In this document: piece after piece, positions 1-10,356 of the stretch
Layout of the letters: each line of letters starts with the position of its first letter
Position numbering within the stretch: position 1 is the first letter of the stretch
Assembly: GCA_026023565.1 (NCBI GenBank)
Contig: JAPETS010000010.1
Location: 804,298 to 824,297 of the forward strand
Length of the DNA stretch: 20,000 nucleotides
Origin: Cirrosporium novae-zelandiae
Lineage: Eukaryota
Direction: 5' to 3'
Made by a program: the position numbers and the translations under genes
Notes under the pieces: generated by a model
The model's database searches: none
The model's input: only the letters and a program-made list of their open reading frames with translations
What the model was told of the DNA's origin: nothing

Positions 1-628
1 ATCACAGCTTGAATATTTCACCATCGGTTTTGCGTCCTATACTTTTCTGATATATGGGAGTTTTTGGAACAAGCCACAAGGTATTACAATGCCAATATAT
101 ATCAATGCAAGCCGGCGCCCTACCATAACAGAACTTGCCCACCTGGCAATGAAAGGGCCTATTGGCTTTTACAACTCTTTTAATCCACCGAGACATTGGA
201 TCCCAAACCTTGCATTCCATCGCAGAGTATCCAAAGATGATGTTATAAGAACCTCACCAAAATTATTCATACTAGGAGCTTTTTATGTAGCTGCTGTATT
301 CGCATACGAGTTCGGCTTTAGTTGGGTGTTTCAATTCCCTACTCTAATGGAAAAATTACTCTGGAGAATCTCTTATGTGATATCTATTAGTGTTCCAATT
401 ATCATTGGCTTAACTTTAGGATTTCGAAAGCGAACTAAGTCCCCTAAACGGTACGCAAGTCTCAGTAAGACATCTAGAGTTAGCATCGGGATATTTACAA
501 AGCTGGGGTTGGGGATCTATATCTTAGCACGCCTTTACATCACTGTTGAGATCTTTCGTACTTTCTGTTACCTGCCCCCAGACGCCTTTCGCACCACTTG
601 GGCTTCCAGTATCCCTCATATAGGCTGA
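1..628 (+). CDS. 3' part of an uncharacterised fungal multi-pass membrane protein gene (5' end outside window)
   Basis: The frame is open from position 2 (SQLEYFTIGFASYTFLIYGSFWNKPQGITMP...), so Met at 89 is internal. It has several hydrophobic segments. The LExxTxxF...YxxFWxKP, WxFxFPTxxEKLLWR and YILARLYIxVExF..LPPDAF..TW motifs are ones I recognise from a widespread fungal membrane protein family of unknown function. TGA at 626-628. Confidence 0.8.
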   Translation, partial: SQLEYFTIGFASYTFLIYGSFWNKPQGITMPIYINASRRPTITELAHLAMKGPIGFYNSFNPPRHWIPNLAFHRRVSKDDVIRTSPKLFILGAFYVAAVFAYEFGFSWVFQFPTLMEKLLWRISYVISISVPIIIGLTLGFRKRTKSPKRYASLSKTSRVSIGIFTKLGLGIYILARLYITVEIFRTFCYLPPDAFRTTWASSIPHIG

Positions 629-1309
629 CGACAGCGCGACGTCTTTTCAAAAAGCCGTACAATAGCACCTGATTAAGCGATTTGTCACTGCCTCTACCGA
701 CAGGCCCCGAGCGTGGAAGCGCACATCGGTGGCTCCAGAGGATGCTGTGAAAATGTTATGAAACAAACATGAATTTTTTTGGGGTTTTTTTTTTTTTTGG
801 ATTTTCGGGCTTTTGAATCTTCTAGTCTATATCCTGTATTTTATTACCTACCTACCTAGTACCAAAAACTTCCTGAAACCAAATTCGTCGTGAGATATTT
901 TAAGCGACTACATACCATATATTACATACTATGATAGATGTAAGGTCGAACCCCTACTTAATCTACAATCCCTGTATCTCTCACTCACTCTACTCCCCAA
1001 CATATACATATACACGTTCCATAGTCCTTGAAAAACTGGACTAGCCCATCCATCGTCTTTGGATTTGTTTTTTGCGGTCACGTCGTATCTGGGATATGTG
1101 CGAGTGAGTGATTGCTCTTGATTTGGTTTAGTTGGTTGGTGTATGTGTGCGTGGGTATGGAGTAGATGTACTTGAGAAATGAATAAATGAATGCTTGTTT
1201 TCATAAGGGGGTAATTATAGTGGAACGGGTTTTCCTTAGATCCTTGTTGCTAGGAGTCCTTCGCTTCCCTGACTGGCTGGGCAGCCCTAGCTGGTAGGTA
1301 TAGTGTGGA

Positions 1310-1584
1310 TGTACGATGATGAATATTTAGGATAGAAAGGGGAGGGGGGGGAGGGAGGTAATTTATCCGTGGGCTATGAGTATAGATCAGGCTGACAAGG
1401 GACCTCAGGGAAGGGAAGAGAAGGGAAGGGGAATATAGACTACTTGTAGACTTGTAGGCTTGACCAGACCAACCTCCTTTGGGTCTCATCACTCTCATCG
1501 GCCTACTCGAATATAGACAGAGAGAGGCTTGGGCTGGTCAATATACATATACCAAGTACTGGGTAGACCATCAGATCCATAACA
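1310..1584. mobile_element. Possible degenerate solo-LTR-like relic (copy A)
   Basis: TG...CA termini (tgtacgatg ... ccataaca) are identical to those of 5660-5905, and the two share a ~30-bp internal motif (1364-1396). No TSD (gtgga / ttaat), and the rest does not align by eye. Confidence 0.3.
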
Positions 1585-1621
1585 TTAATACAACAAAAAT
1601 TCAATCCCTCGATCCTTCAAC

Positions 1622-1648
1622 TAACAAGTAACAAGTAACAAGTAACAA
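1622..1648 (+). repeat. Tandem repeat (TAACAAG) x ~3.9
   Basis: taacaag taacaag taacaag taacaa read directly. Confidence 0.85.
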
Positions 1649-1930
1649 TCACACAAAACCAAAAACCAAAACCCTAGCCAGCCGGAAGCCACTTTGCAGT
1701 GATTTCCCCCCCGCCTCCCCTCCCCTTACTTACCCCACCCAATCAGCATTCCAGCTATTAAATTATCTAAAAGGTGACTGACTAATTTGTAAGTTTCTGA
1801 GTAACTTGGTATTACATATGTATATGTATATGGAGCATGGAGCATGGTGTGGTGTGGGACTCAACAGCCGCTTACGATATAACATAAAAAAATTCCCATA
1901 TAAACAGAAAAAAAAGAACTTGGTCTTAAG

Positions 1931-2074
1931 CAGTGAAGGGAATGGACCAGACCGACCAGACTAAGGGGTTCGGTCTGGTCGGTCTACAGACGGAGGGGCT
2001 CGGTCTGGTCGGTCTGGTCGGTCTGATCGGTCGGGATCAGACCGTCTATTTGGTCTGGTCCATTCCCTTCACTG
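1931..2074. mobile_element. 144-bp non-autonomous hAT-type MITE
   Basis: Perfect 23-bp TIRs CAGTGAAGGGAATGGACCAGACC (1931-1953 and 2052-2074). Perfect 8-bp TSD GTCTTAAG (1923-1930 and 2075-2082). The interior is rich in GGTCTGGTC/GACCAGACC repeats. An 8-bp TSD with CAG termini is typical of hAT elements. Confidence 0.92.
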
Positions 2075-2963
2075 GTCTTAAGATTCAGGGACTAGGGGGG
2101 GGTGAGGCGGGAGGCGAGTGAGAAAGAGAAATGGTATACAAGTAAGCAAGTACAAAAAGCCTAGGTACTGAAGAAGTTTTTCTTTTTCTTTTTCTTTTTG
2201 TGAGGGAGGGGTTTGTGAGTTTATGAGAGAAAGGGATAGAAGTGTAGAGGAAGAAGTTCTTGTGGAGCTCTGGAGTGGGACTTGGAGCTGGAGTACGCGT
2301 GATATGGCATAGTGCATGGTGCATAGTGATAGGAAGGTGAAGGTGGAAGTATTACTTGATATTGTTTTCTGAGGGTGGGGTTGTGAGTTGTGAGGGTGAT
2401 GGATATATTTTGTTCTTTATACTTGGTGAGTGAGTGAGGTAAGTGCTTTTAATGGGGGGGGGTTTGATATAGATAATAGATACAATACCTACCTACCCAA
2501 ATATTCAAGGACACAAGGCGGTTACAGTACAGTACTTACAGCATTCAATAGCACAACAACCCGTAGTCCACCTACTATAAAAACAACTAACCAAAATCAA
2601 CAAACAGGGTCATCTTACACATCTTCCCATTAAGAAAGAGCATACCACCAATAAATAAATAACATTCACCACCATTACTTTTTCTCTCTGGGGTACAAGG
2701 TACACTGGTATAAGTACAGTAGTGGTATAATTATAAACAAAACCATCAACATTAATTACTTTTAAAGTATAGATAAGGTGATATTAATCAGTTGTATAAT
2801 TACTCCTAATTACAACTTTACGGCCAACCAACCCTAAAATCACGTAATTGAAAAATAAAATAAAATATTATGAATCGAGGTGTAAATTTTTTTTTTTTTC
2901 CCTCGTGTTTTCGTGCAGCCTATTATTATATAACTATGTTATGATATTGTGTGACCGACAGGT

Positions 2964-5037
2964 CTATAGACCGATTAGACGGAGCCTCTCCATCCGTAGC
3001 CTAACTTCCTCCGTCTGTAGACTGACCCTCTTCGTCTGGTCTATTTCCTTCCCTGCGCTACCTTTCTTTTCCCTTCTTCTTTTAGGCTGTTCTTTTACGA
3101 CTATCCGGAGTTGTATCGTGGACATGATGGACCAACCGCCTATTTGGGAATATGTCAAGATGATATCCTTTCCAGACCGTAGAGATTTTACCAATAGCTT
3201 TGGGCAACAGTCTATGGTATATTGACAACTTTTGGGTATCCTTGTCTCACAATAGGTATACTGGTCAGATTGAGCTGAAGATTCCCACGGAATATCGACA
3301 ATCAGATCCGCAGCTGCCACACCCCCTAGTTCATCGAATACACATTCCGCTGCTCCAAAGCCCCCACCCACTCCATAGCCCCAATCCACACAGATGGCGA
3401 ATTTCTCTTTGGAGGTTTTGTTCTGATATACAATCATGCCTCTATCATTTTCACGCATAAAATGATTTAGGGTGCATGTCGTTTCTGAAGTATGTAAAAA
3501 GCTTACCCACCAGCGTTGATCAGGCTCGCACATGGTAAAGTTGGCAGATAGTGCTCCATCATTGACTAGAAGCACCTCGATATCCTGGTATTTCAGCGCG
3601 AACCCTCTATTGTATTCTTGTGTCGGTCTAGCGAGGTCCAGAATCGGGTTCGTTATATAAATATCCTCAAGTATTAAAAAACGACAGCTGAGCTCATCTG
3701 GATTGATATGTAATATCATCGGCCTTATCCGCACATATTTTCCCGAGTCTGTTTTCTATAGCGTTATGGCGATAATTTTATCGTCTTTATCCTGGCACGT
3801 TAAATACGCATTGAACAAAGGCCCTGGATAGTCTGATATGGGCCCGTGTTTTTTATCGTCGTAGCGTTCGAGGAGAAAAGAAACAGGAATTCCATGAGAG
3901 TATTGTGAATACATAGTTGGAGGACGGGAGCTATTTTTGATCCAAGCCTTGTCATACGGTCGATTGCGAGGCACAATACGCTTATATTCACTGCCGAAGC
4001 AATTCAGAGTTGGGGCAAAAAGAGGTAAAGGAGGTAAATTCCCTTCGCGTGGTCTAATCTTAGTTAATATCAACTAGTAATATAGGAATTTAGTATAAAT
4101 AAATCATACAGAAAACGGTCGTCATCCCATATAAATATGCTGTGATCAGAAAGCGTTTTGAAGAATTCCATTTGAAGTCTAAAAAAAGCCCTTGTTTCTC
4201 CTTCTCCGTATATGATTGGCATATTTATTCCGAAAAGTCCAAGAAGCGAATATATTTTATCTTCTTCTCGCGTTGTAGATCGATATGCCGCCCCGTGAAA
4301 TTTTATCGAACCATTAAAATCTTGAAGTATATTAAGATTTTGACTTGACAAAACTGTTTGGTCAATCCAAGTAATTTCAGTAAGTGGCTCTGCTAAATGT
4401 GATCGACAACCCATATAATCCCAATCTCTGTTGTAAAATAACACTTCTTTAGGAGCAATTAATTCCTGCAATGTCCATCCTCTTGAAAACCATCTTGGCG
4501 CTAGGGACCAAGATATATTCATCCAAGATTCTGAAATATTTTTACCGTTCTGAGAACGGACTTGATCAGTATCAGAAAGGTAGGCAAAGCATATTTCCGC
4601 ATCTCTGTACCAAGCAAACATCGAGTTAATAGCTTCAGAAAGCTCGGCGCTGGATTTCTGACCTATACAGCAAGTGTCAATCCACACATACAAAAGTCCA
4701 TGTGTACGTATTTTTTGGCAACATCTTTCAATTTTGAACCAAGCCTTTTCCTTTTTTTTTGGCACGTTGAAGCTGTAACTTGTGTCAACGATATTTTAAG
4801 CATAGTTTGATGATGAAGTTTTACCGGGAGTAATCCTGGCAGGTGTTGAGTTTCTGGCTGTAGATTTTTAATGTCCGTACATAGCTTGCGGAATTCTACT
4901 TCATAAGGAGACGGCTGTAGGTCCTCAAACAACACCTCATCCCCATCCCATGCATGAGATAGAATCGCGTAAGGTGGAGCCCTGCTAGGACTAGAGAAAC
5001 TTTCGAGTTTATATGTGTCGATACTAAGCAACCTCAT
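2964..5037 (-). pseudogene. HET-domain (heterokaryon incompatibility, HET-E1 N-terminal-like) gene with one frameshift and one nonsense codon; ~672 aa if repaired
   Basis: HET motifs MRLL..., PPYAILSHAW..DEV.FEDL, YVWIDTCCI..SSAELSEAINSMFAWY, RWFSRGWTLQELIAP and TTREEDKIYSLLGLFGINMPIIYGEG. One base is missing in the T9 run at 4752-4760 (adding one fuses the first two ORFs). A 56-nt GT-AG intron at 4109-4054 joins in frame. In-frame TAG at 3758-3756 (IAITL*KTDSGKYVRIRP). Confidence 0.88.
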
Positions 5038-5098
5038 GATGGAAGCCGTTAAGGATAATCTTCAATGAAAGGTAGATGTATAAAAAATAGGAGAAGTG

Positions 5099-5134
5099 CA
5101 GGTTCTACAGGTTCTACAGGTTCTACAGGTTCTA
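5099..5134 (+). repeat. Perfect 9-bp tandem repeat (CAGGTTCTA) x4 just upstream of the HET ATG
   Basis: Four exact copies starting at 5099, 5108, 5117 and 5126. Confidence 0.95.
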
Positions 5135-5659
5135 ATACTCTAAGAACCCTAGCTAACTCATATGTATGCACTTAGCCATAATTGTCAGCCTTACCACCAC
5201 TGAAACAATATGCAGAAGTCATATACTGCCTTGTTCTCATGCCATTGGTGTATTGAGGCATGTCAATCAATGCTCCTATGTATCTAGACAATCGGCGTTA
5301 GGTATAATCGAACTCTTGGTTCGATTATTGTGCTCTTTTTGACGTGCCGGCTTTTGAATTTGATATCCAATGCCTTGTGGTTTCTGTTAAGGATCTCGGA
5401 AGATGCCGTGCCAAGACTAGATAGTATAACTAGAATATTTTGGATAAATTTAATAAAGAACCATACACAAAATCACACCTCACCGTCCAGGGTGCCAACG
5501 ATGGCATTCATGTCGCTGGTGGTCCTTCACTTGAAAGGCCATATCCCCAAAGAACTTGGTAACGCTCATCCTAGAACAAACCAATCCTCTCAGAGAAAAT
5601 TACTGCTCGATCCGATCTCTCCATTATAATTTGTGGGGAGTTTTGTAATTTCTTTTTCT

Positions 5660-5905
5660 TGTACGATGGTTTACTACTAGACTACAAGCTATACCATAGT
5701 AAGATTTAAGCTTATTGGAGGAAACTAGCCGAGGAGCTAGTGATTGTGTAACCTTTATGCTGAGTGAAGTTATCTTTTAGTTATCCGTAATTTGTATGGG
5801 GGATATCCGTGGGCTGTGTACAGGTCAGGCTGGCTACTAAGGGTTTGCCTTAAAGGCATACCTCAATAGTGTAAGAGTGGTTAACTGGATTCCTTACCCA
5901 TAACA
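5660..5905. mobile_element. Possible degenerate solo-LTR-like relic (copy B)
   Basis: tgtacgatg...ccataaca termini. Read on the minus strand it ends ...tagtctagtagtaaaccatcgtaca, which resembles the end of the 17346-17502 LTR (...tagttctagtctacatcataca). Shares an internal motif with copy A. No TSD (tttct / ctcga). Confidence 0.35.
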
Positions 5906-6847
5906 CTCGAGAGGGGGCCGAGGGTAGGGTAAAATCACAACAATTAGCCAGCAAGGCTGATTCCACTCCCCTCCTATCTTATAAGCCTGAACATTAGAGG
6001 CAAGTATACAGGTATACCAAGATCTTGCCCTTATCTCCACATACATGTACATGCCTTCCAAACTTCTCAAACCCGAATTCCGGTTCAAGTATGTCCCTAA
6101 AAGGATAGCTAGCCACCGATTGACTGCAGCCTTGTCTCAGCTCCATATCCGTCCCCCCATTCTTTTTCCGATCATGACAAATGAAACTTGAAATGAACAA
6201 AAAAAAAGCCACTTTGAGCTTTGTAAGGGTGGTCTGTCCGTCTGTCTGTAAGAGGGGGCCGGTAGTGATTTGATTATTTTGTGGGTTGTTATGGCGTCAA
6301 AGTTGAGGGTATGTATGCGTGCTTAGCCGAAGTAGCATGCCAGTTTGTTTCCCGCTCCCGACTTTTTACAGGGATTTACGGGGACAAGTACAACCTGATA
6401 CCTTCGGCTGAATCTTTCGTGGTTATCCCTCCTCCTCGTCAGCAGTCTAGCCTCCCCAAGGATAAGGATAGGATCCTTATATGGATTATGATTTATCGGT
6501 TATAGGTTGTGGATATATGGGTACATATGTATGTATACTCGTGTTCAAACTGTTGAAGTTGTTTCGGCATGGCATGGTGTGGTGTGGAGTTGTTGGCAAG
6601 ATTATTGGGATGAGCGAGGGTAGTTTAGGCAGTAGAGGTGGGGGTGAGAGGAAGGAGATGATGTTGATCTCATGTGAGGAGAAGGGTGCTGTGGTATGTC
6701 TACTTTGCGTATGCAGAATGCTATTTCTTTATCACTAACAAGGGAAGAAAATATTAATCCAACCTGACCACCACCTTACATACAGTAAGTTTCACCTCAT
6801 TCCATCCCATTACATTCCATGCTGGCCAAGAAAAAAAGAAGAAACCT

Positions 6848-8807
6848 TTAAACTTCATCTATATTGTCGCTATTGTTGCTTCTTTTCTCACATTGTTTCC
6901 CTAGTCGTTTATGGGACCCCCATTTCCAATAACCCAAGGTGATGATTGTCAGGGGGATTGAGAGTGCAAAGTATACCCATATGTAGGGTGAAATTTGGAG
7001 TTTGGGTTGGGGGAAGGAGCTTTGGGTTTGGGTTTGGCTTGGGTTGTCTTCTATGTCGAAGAATCCCATTCCGAAGAAGCCCTAGATTTGTTGTCGGTTA
7101 TTGTTGTTAGAGGAAATGTAGAACGCGGGTGGGGACTTACTGCGATATAAGTGGAGGGGAGATATATCAAGGTAACGACAGTGATGACGCGGATGGTGGC
7201 GCTGTCGTCTACTGTTGCCTTGGTTTGTTGAACCATGTGGTCTGATACCGCCTGTGAGGTATCTTGATTTTTCAAATTGAAGGTGTCGGTAAGCTGCAAA
7301 CCTCGTTCGAGGTATTTTTTAGTGACTTTATTCAACACCAATAGCTCTTATTGCATTGTTATGCGTCGCTAAATTTTAAAAAAAAAAGGATTGAGGTTAG
7401 AGAAGGTATATACCTACCTGCTGGGAAGTACTCTCAATCCTCGTGAGTAAAAATTTCACGTTCTGTTCGTACCCGGATATCTTTATGAGATAATTGTCGA
7501 GCATTTCTTGCACTTGCATTTGATCTTTAGACTTCTTGCTTCCCGAGAGGAGAGTTGTATTGATTATCTGAAGTTGCTTCAACGTTTCAAGACAAGAACT
7601 GAATATTGACGAAAGAGGAGTAAGGCGCTTTTCAAGGAATTGCAGGGTTGAAAACATTCTGTAATCGACAGAAAGCCTTTTAGTGATAATAACAGTTAGG
7701 ACGTTCCTCGACTATCGCTTCATTAGAACGTGTTTCTAGGGTATACTCTAATCCTATTGCATTAGTCTTACTAGTATCAAGAGCTTTTCTTCATAGTATG
7801 CCATATACCACCGCCAGTTGTCAACATATGTCGAAATCAGTAAAATGTGAACTAAAAAAGGGTGTCGACTAATCTCTATAGATTCAGATGGCGATTTCAA
7901 GCAATTATCCAACTGCATGCGAGCAGCTGCATCTTTTTTCGGGTGGATGATAATCCATATATTCTTCATTGCTTTTGTGTCAAGTTGATGGTATACCCCA
8001 GTTTGACGGATTGACCAGGGGTCGCCATCCTCTTCCGGATATTGATTTTGTTCTGGGTACTTGAAGAGATATGCGATCTCTGCATAGGAGATAGAAGAAA
8101 ATTAGTAACCTTCCAAATTTAAAAGTTAATAAAGTGAGTTGAGAGTAAATTCCTGTACCAAGAATATTGTTTCTGTATGCTTTCCACATAGCTCCAGAAT
8201 ATGCCTCCTCGACTTCCAAAAACTTACGACTGAAAAAATATATTACATGAAGAAACTCTATCGCAACCTTGTGATAGGTCATGATTAACATCAGCATGTC
8301 TTGGGAGACATTTAAGGGCGTCCATGAATGCTGCTGCCAAATCGATCTAGAGAGGATCGGCTATCAACTTATTGCTCAATAGCGAAACGTTTCCCTGATG
8401 TCCTCCACTTTCGAATTATATATATACTTACATGACTCTTGTTGAGTAATTTTTACTTCTGTCGTCGTAAAGATAGCGTGCCATGGACGATGTATCCACG
8501 AATTCATGACATCTGCATCGAGCCAACGAGGCCCATCCTTCACCTGGGTCCTTTAGCCCTACCCAAGGAGAAAGATGATTAGGTTGTGCAAGTGCTTGGA
8601 AGATTTACTGATATTTGTGACCCCCTCCTTGTTGAGACATGGTAAACTTGCGTCTGAAGTAGTAGCATCAAGTAGATCAACTTTAATATCATGAGGCTTC
8701 TGTGTAAAAATACCAGAAGCATGACTAGCCAACTGCTTTTGAAGCGCAGACTCATATCCGGGCCCAGTGTAATGATCACTAGTTGCAAATAGCTGGCTGG
8801 GAAGCAT
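6848..8807 (-). CDS. Fungal divergent CorA-like (CorA/ZntB superfamily) membrane protein, ~500 aa, 7 exons
   Basis: Exons 8807-8609, 8558-8432, 8346-8159, 8079-7772, 7711-7418, 7293-7141 and 7081-6848 (1503 nt, all GT-AG, frame-consistent). Motifs SIWQQHSWTPLNVS, DPWSIRQTGVYHQ, HPFLVHILL...NWRWY, and a C-terminal two-TM unit DSATIRVITVVTLIYLPSTYIAGFFGMGFF ... IWVYFALSIPLTIITLGYW. Confidence 0.88.
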
Positions 8808-10356
8808 AATAATTAATTTTTCAGGACAGAATAGTAATAACAACGGATATTGAGACTGCTTGGATTAAAGATCAAAGATAGCACATGTTGAGTACGAGGG
8901 AAGGTGCGCGATGAGGGATTATAACCAAACAGGCATATACAGTAAGGCTAAAACTAATGTTCATAATTGCAGCCTTGCTAAGGTCTGGATTCGAGATACA
9001 TCCTTATATTTACTTCTAAGGCGGAATTTTCAACCCGACTTGCTTCAGTTCTTAGAGAGTAGTTTCCTAGAGGAATTTTAAATAAAAATGAACTTTAGTT
9101 GCATTATTCCAGGCAAGAACAATTTAGGATGGTACAAAGAAAATATTTTGTGTCCTAAGCGTTGTTCAAGCAACACAGAAACATCATGCCTGCACTTAAT
9201 CCCCCATGCATAGCCTGTAGCAAAAGGAACATTTCAGATCCTTGTTATCACTAATTTCCTTATCCTTGATTATACTCTTCCTGTGCCGTTCTACTTCCAT
9301 ATTAAGAACTTAGCATATTGCATCCATGAATATTTCACGAAACCCCTATAAACTGTGAGACCTTACTCTAATTCATCCTTTCAAAGTACCCAATTGACGT
9401 TAGTAATTAATATGCTTAGAACCCTTTACTGATATCGAACTAACCTTAGTGAGTTCTCGAGGAGCATCGTAGACCCAGATATCGTTGATCAACTGTACTT
9501 AAATAAGTAGCTAACCAACCTGCTTAGCAAGAGCCTACCTGGATGTTAAACGAAGATTGATTTGGAAATGTCTTCCGAAGCAATGCTTCAAGAATTTGGC
9601 GTCTGATGTAACGTCTGGCGGCCGTCCAAGTGCCCATTGCTGAAGAATGTAAGGGGTAGCGAGGTGGCTGTATGAAATTGCGATTGAGCTGAAAACTTTT
9701 CCCTAGCCTGGCAGACATAAGCAGGTTTTATATCCTGGAATTCTCTAGTTCGCGTTCGTTTTCCCCTCACTTTGATCTGGCGTCGCTATTCGGTTGCATT
9801 GAATACCTAGGTACTTAGGTATGCATATAATCAGCCTTGTTAATAGTCTGTGTAACGCCGATAACCAATATATGGAAGCATGGTGACCCTTCGACCGCAT
9901 GAAGCTTACCACCACCCCAATTCAATATTGATACATATTGTACTAATCGAAAGGACAGAATAAGAAATGGAATCATTTAGCTAGAGAGCATGGGGCTGGG
10001 ACACGAATACTACTCGAGTAGTTATCTCGTGGGCGTTCGAGTATTTTTTAACCGAAGCCCTCGATGCAATAAGACTAGCCAGTGGGCAGGACTTTTTTTA
10101 ACTACCCTTCCCAAGGGTGGTCCCCCGCCCTTGAGCGACCTTATTCATATATGAATCGTGACAAGGCTATGCTCCATACTATTGAGGTGCGCTTAAGATG
10201 TCACCAAACGGGCACGTCTGCCTCTCGGAGACTTGTATAAGTAATTCGCCTTATATCTTTCTTTCACTCCAGAAATCCGGGCAGGTTAATGACTCCTTTA
10301 AACTGTGACTTGGAAATTTTATATTTTACACACCGCGAACACTGACCAGCATCAGC

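Noticed and set aside
695..732. GC-rich potential hairpin downstream of the first gene
   Set aside because: The stems are short, I recognise no RNA family, and there is no comparative support.
1931..2074. CRISPR-like or tRNA-like repeat structure
   Set aside because: No repeat-spacer periodicity and no cloverleaf. The sequence is fully explained as a TIR element in a eukaryotic genome.
1933..2121. 62-aa ORF with GLVGL repeats
   Set aside because: It is a translation of the MITE internal 9-bp repeats, starts at GTG and has no coding evidence.
2700..2900. AT/TpA-rich patch with a single CCCTAA and a small hairpin (possible RIP relic or telomeric seed)
   Set aside because: Only one telomere-like unit and no definable element boundaries.
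2717..5202. Possible Tc1/mariner-like TIR pair (TA|CAGTAGTGGTA at 2717 and TACCACCACTG at 5192-5202) enclosing the HET gene
   Set aside because: Only 10 of 11 bp match, the match does not extend, and the right end is followed by AA rather than a TA duplication. Compatible with chance.
6287..6522. Third LTR-like candidate starting tgttatgg with tgggt on both sides
   Set aside because: It would end in TA rather than CA, and it shares no internal or terminal motif with the other relics beyond 8 bp.
9524..9770. Two short minus-strand ORFs in the CorA/permease intergenic region
   Set aside because: No recognisable motifs or splice structure, and the lengths are within random expectation.
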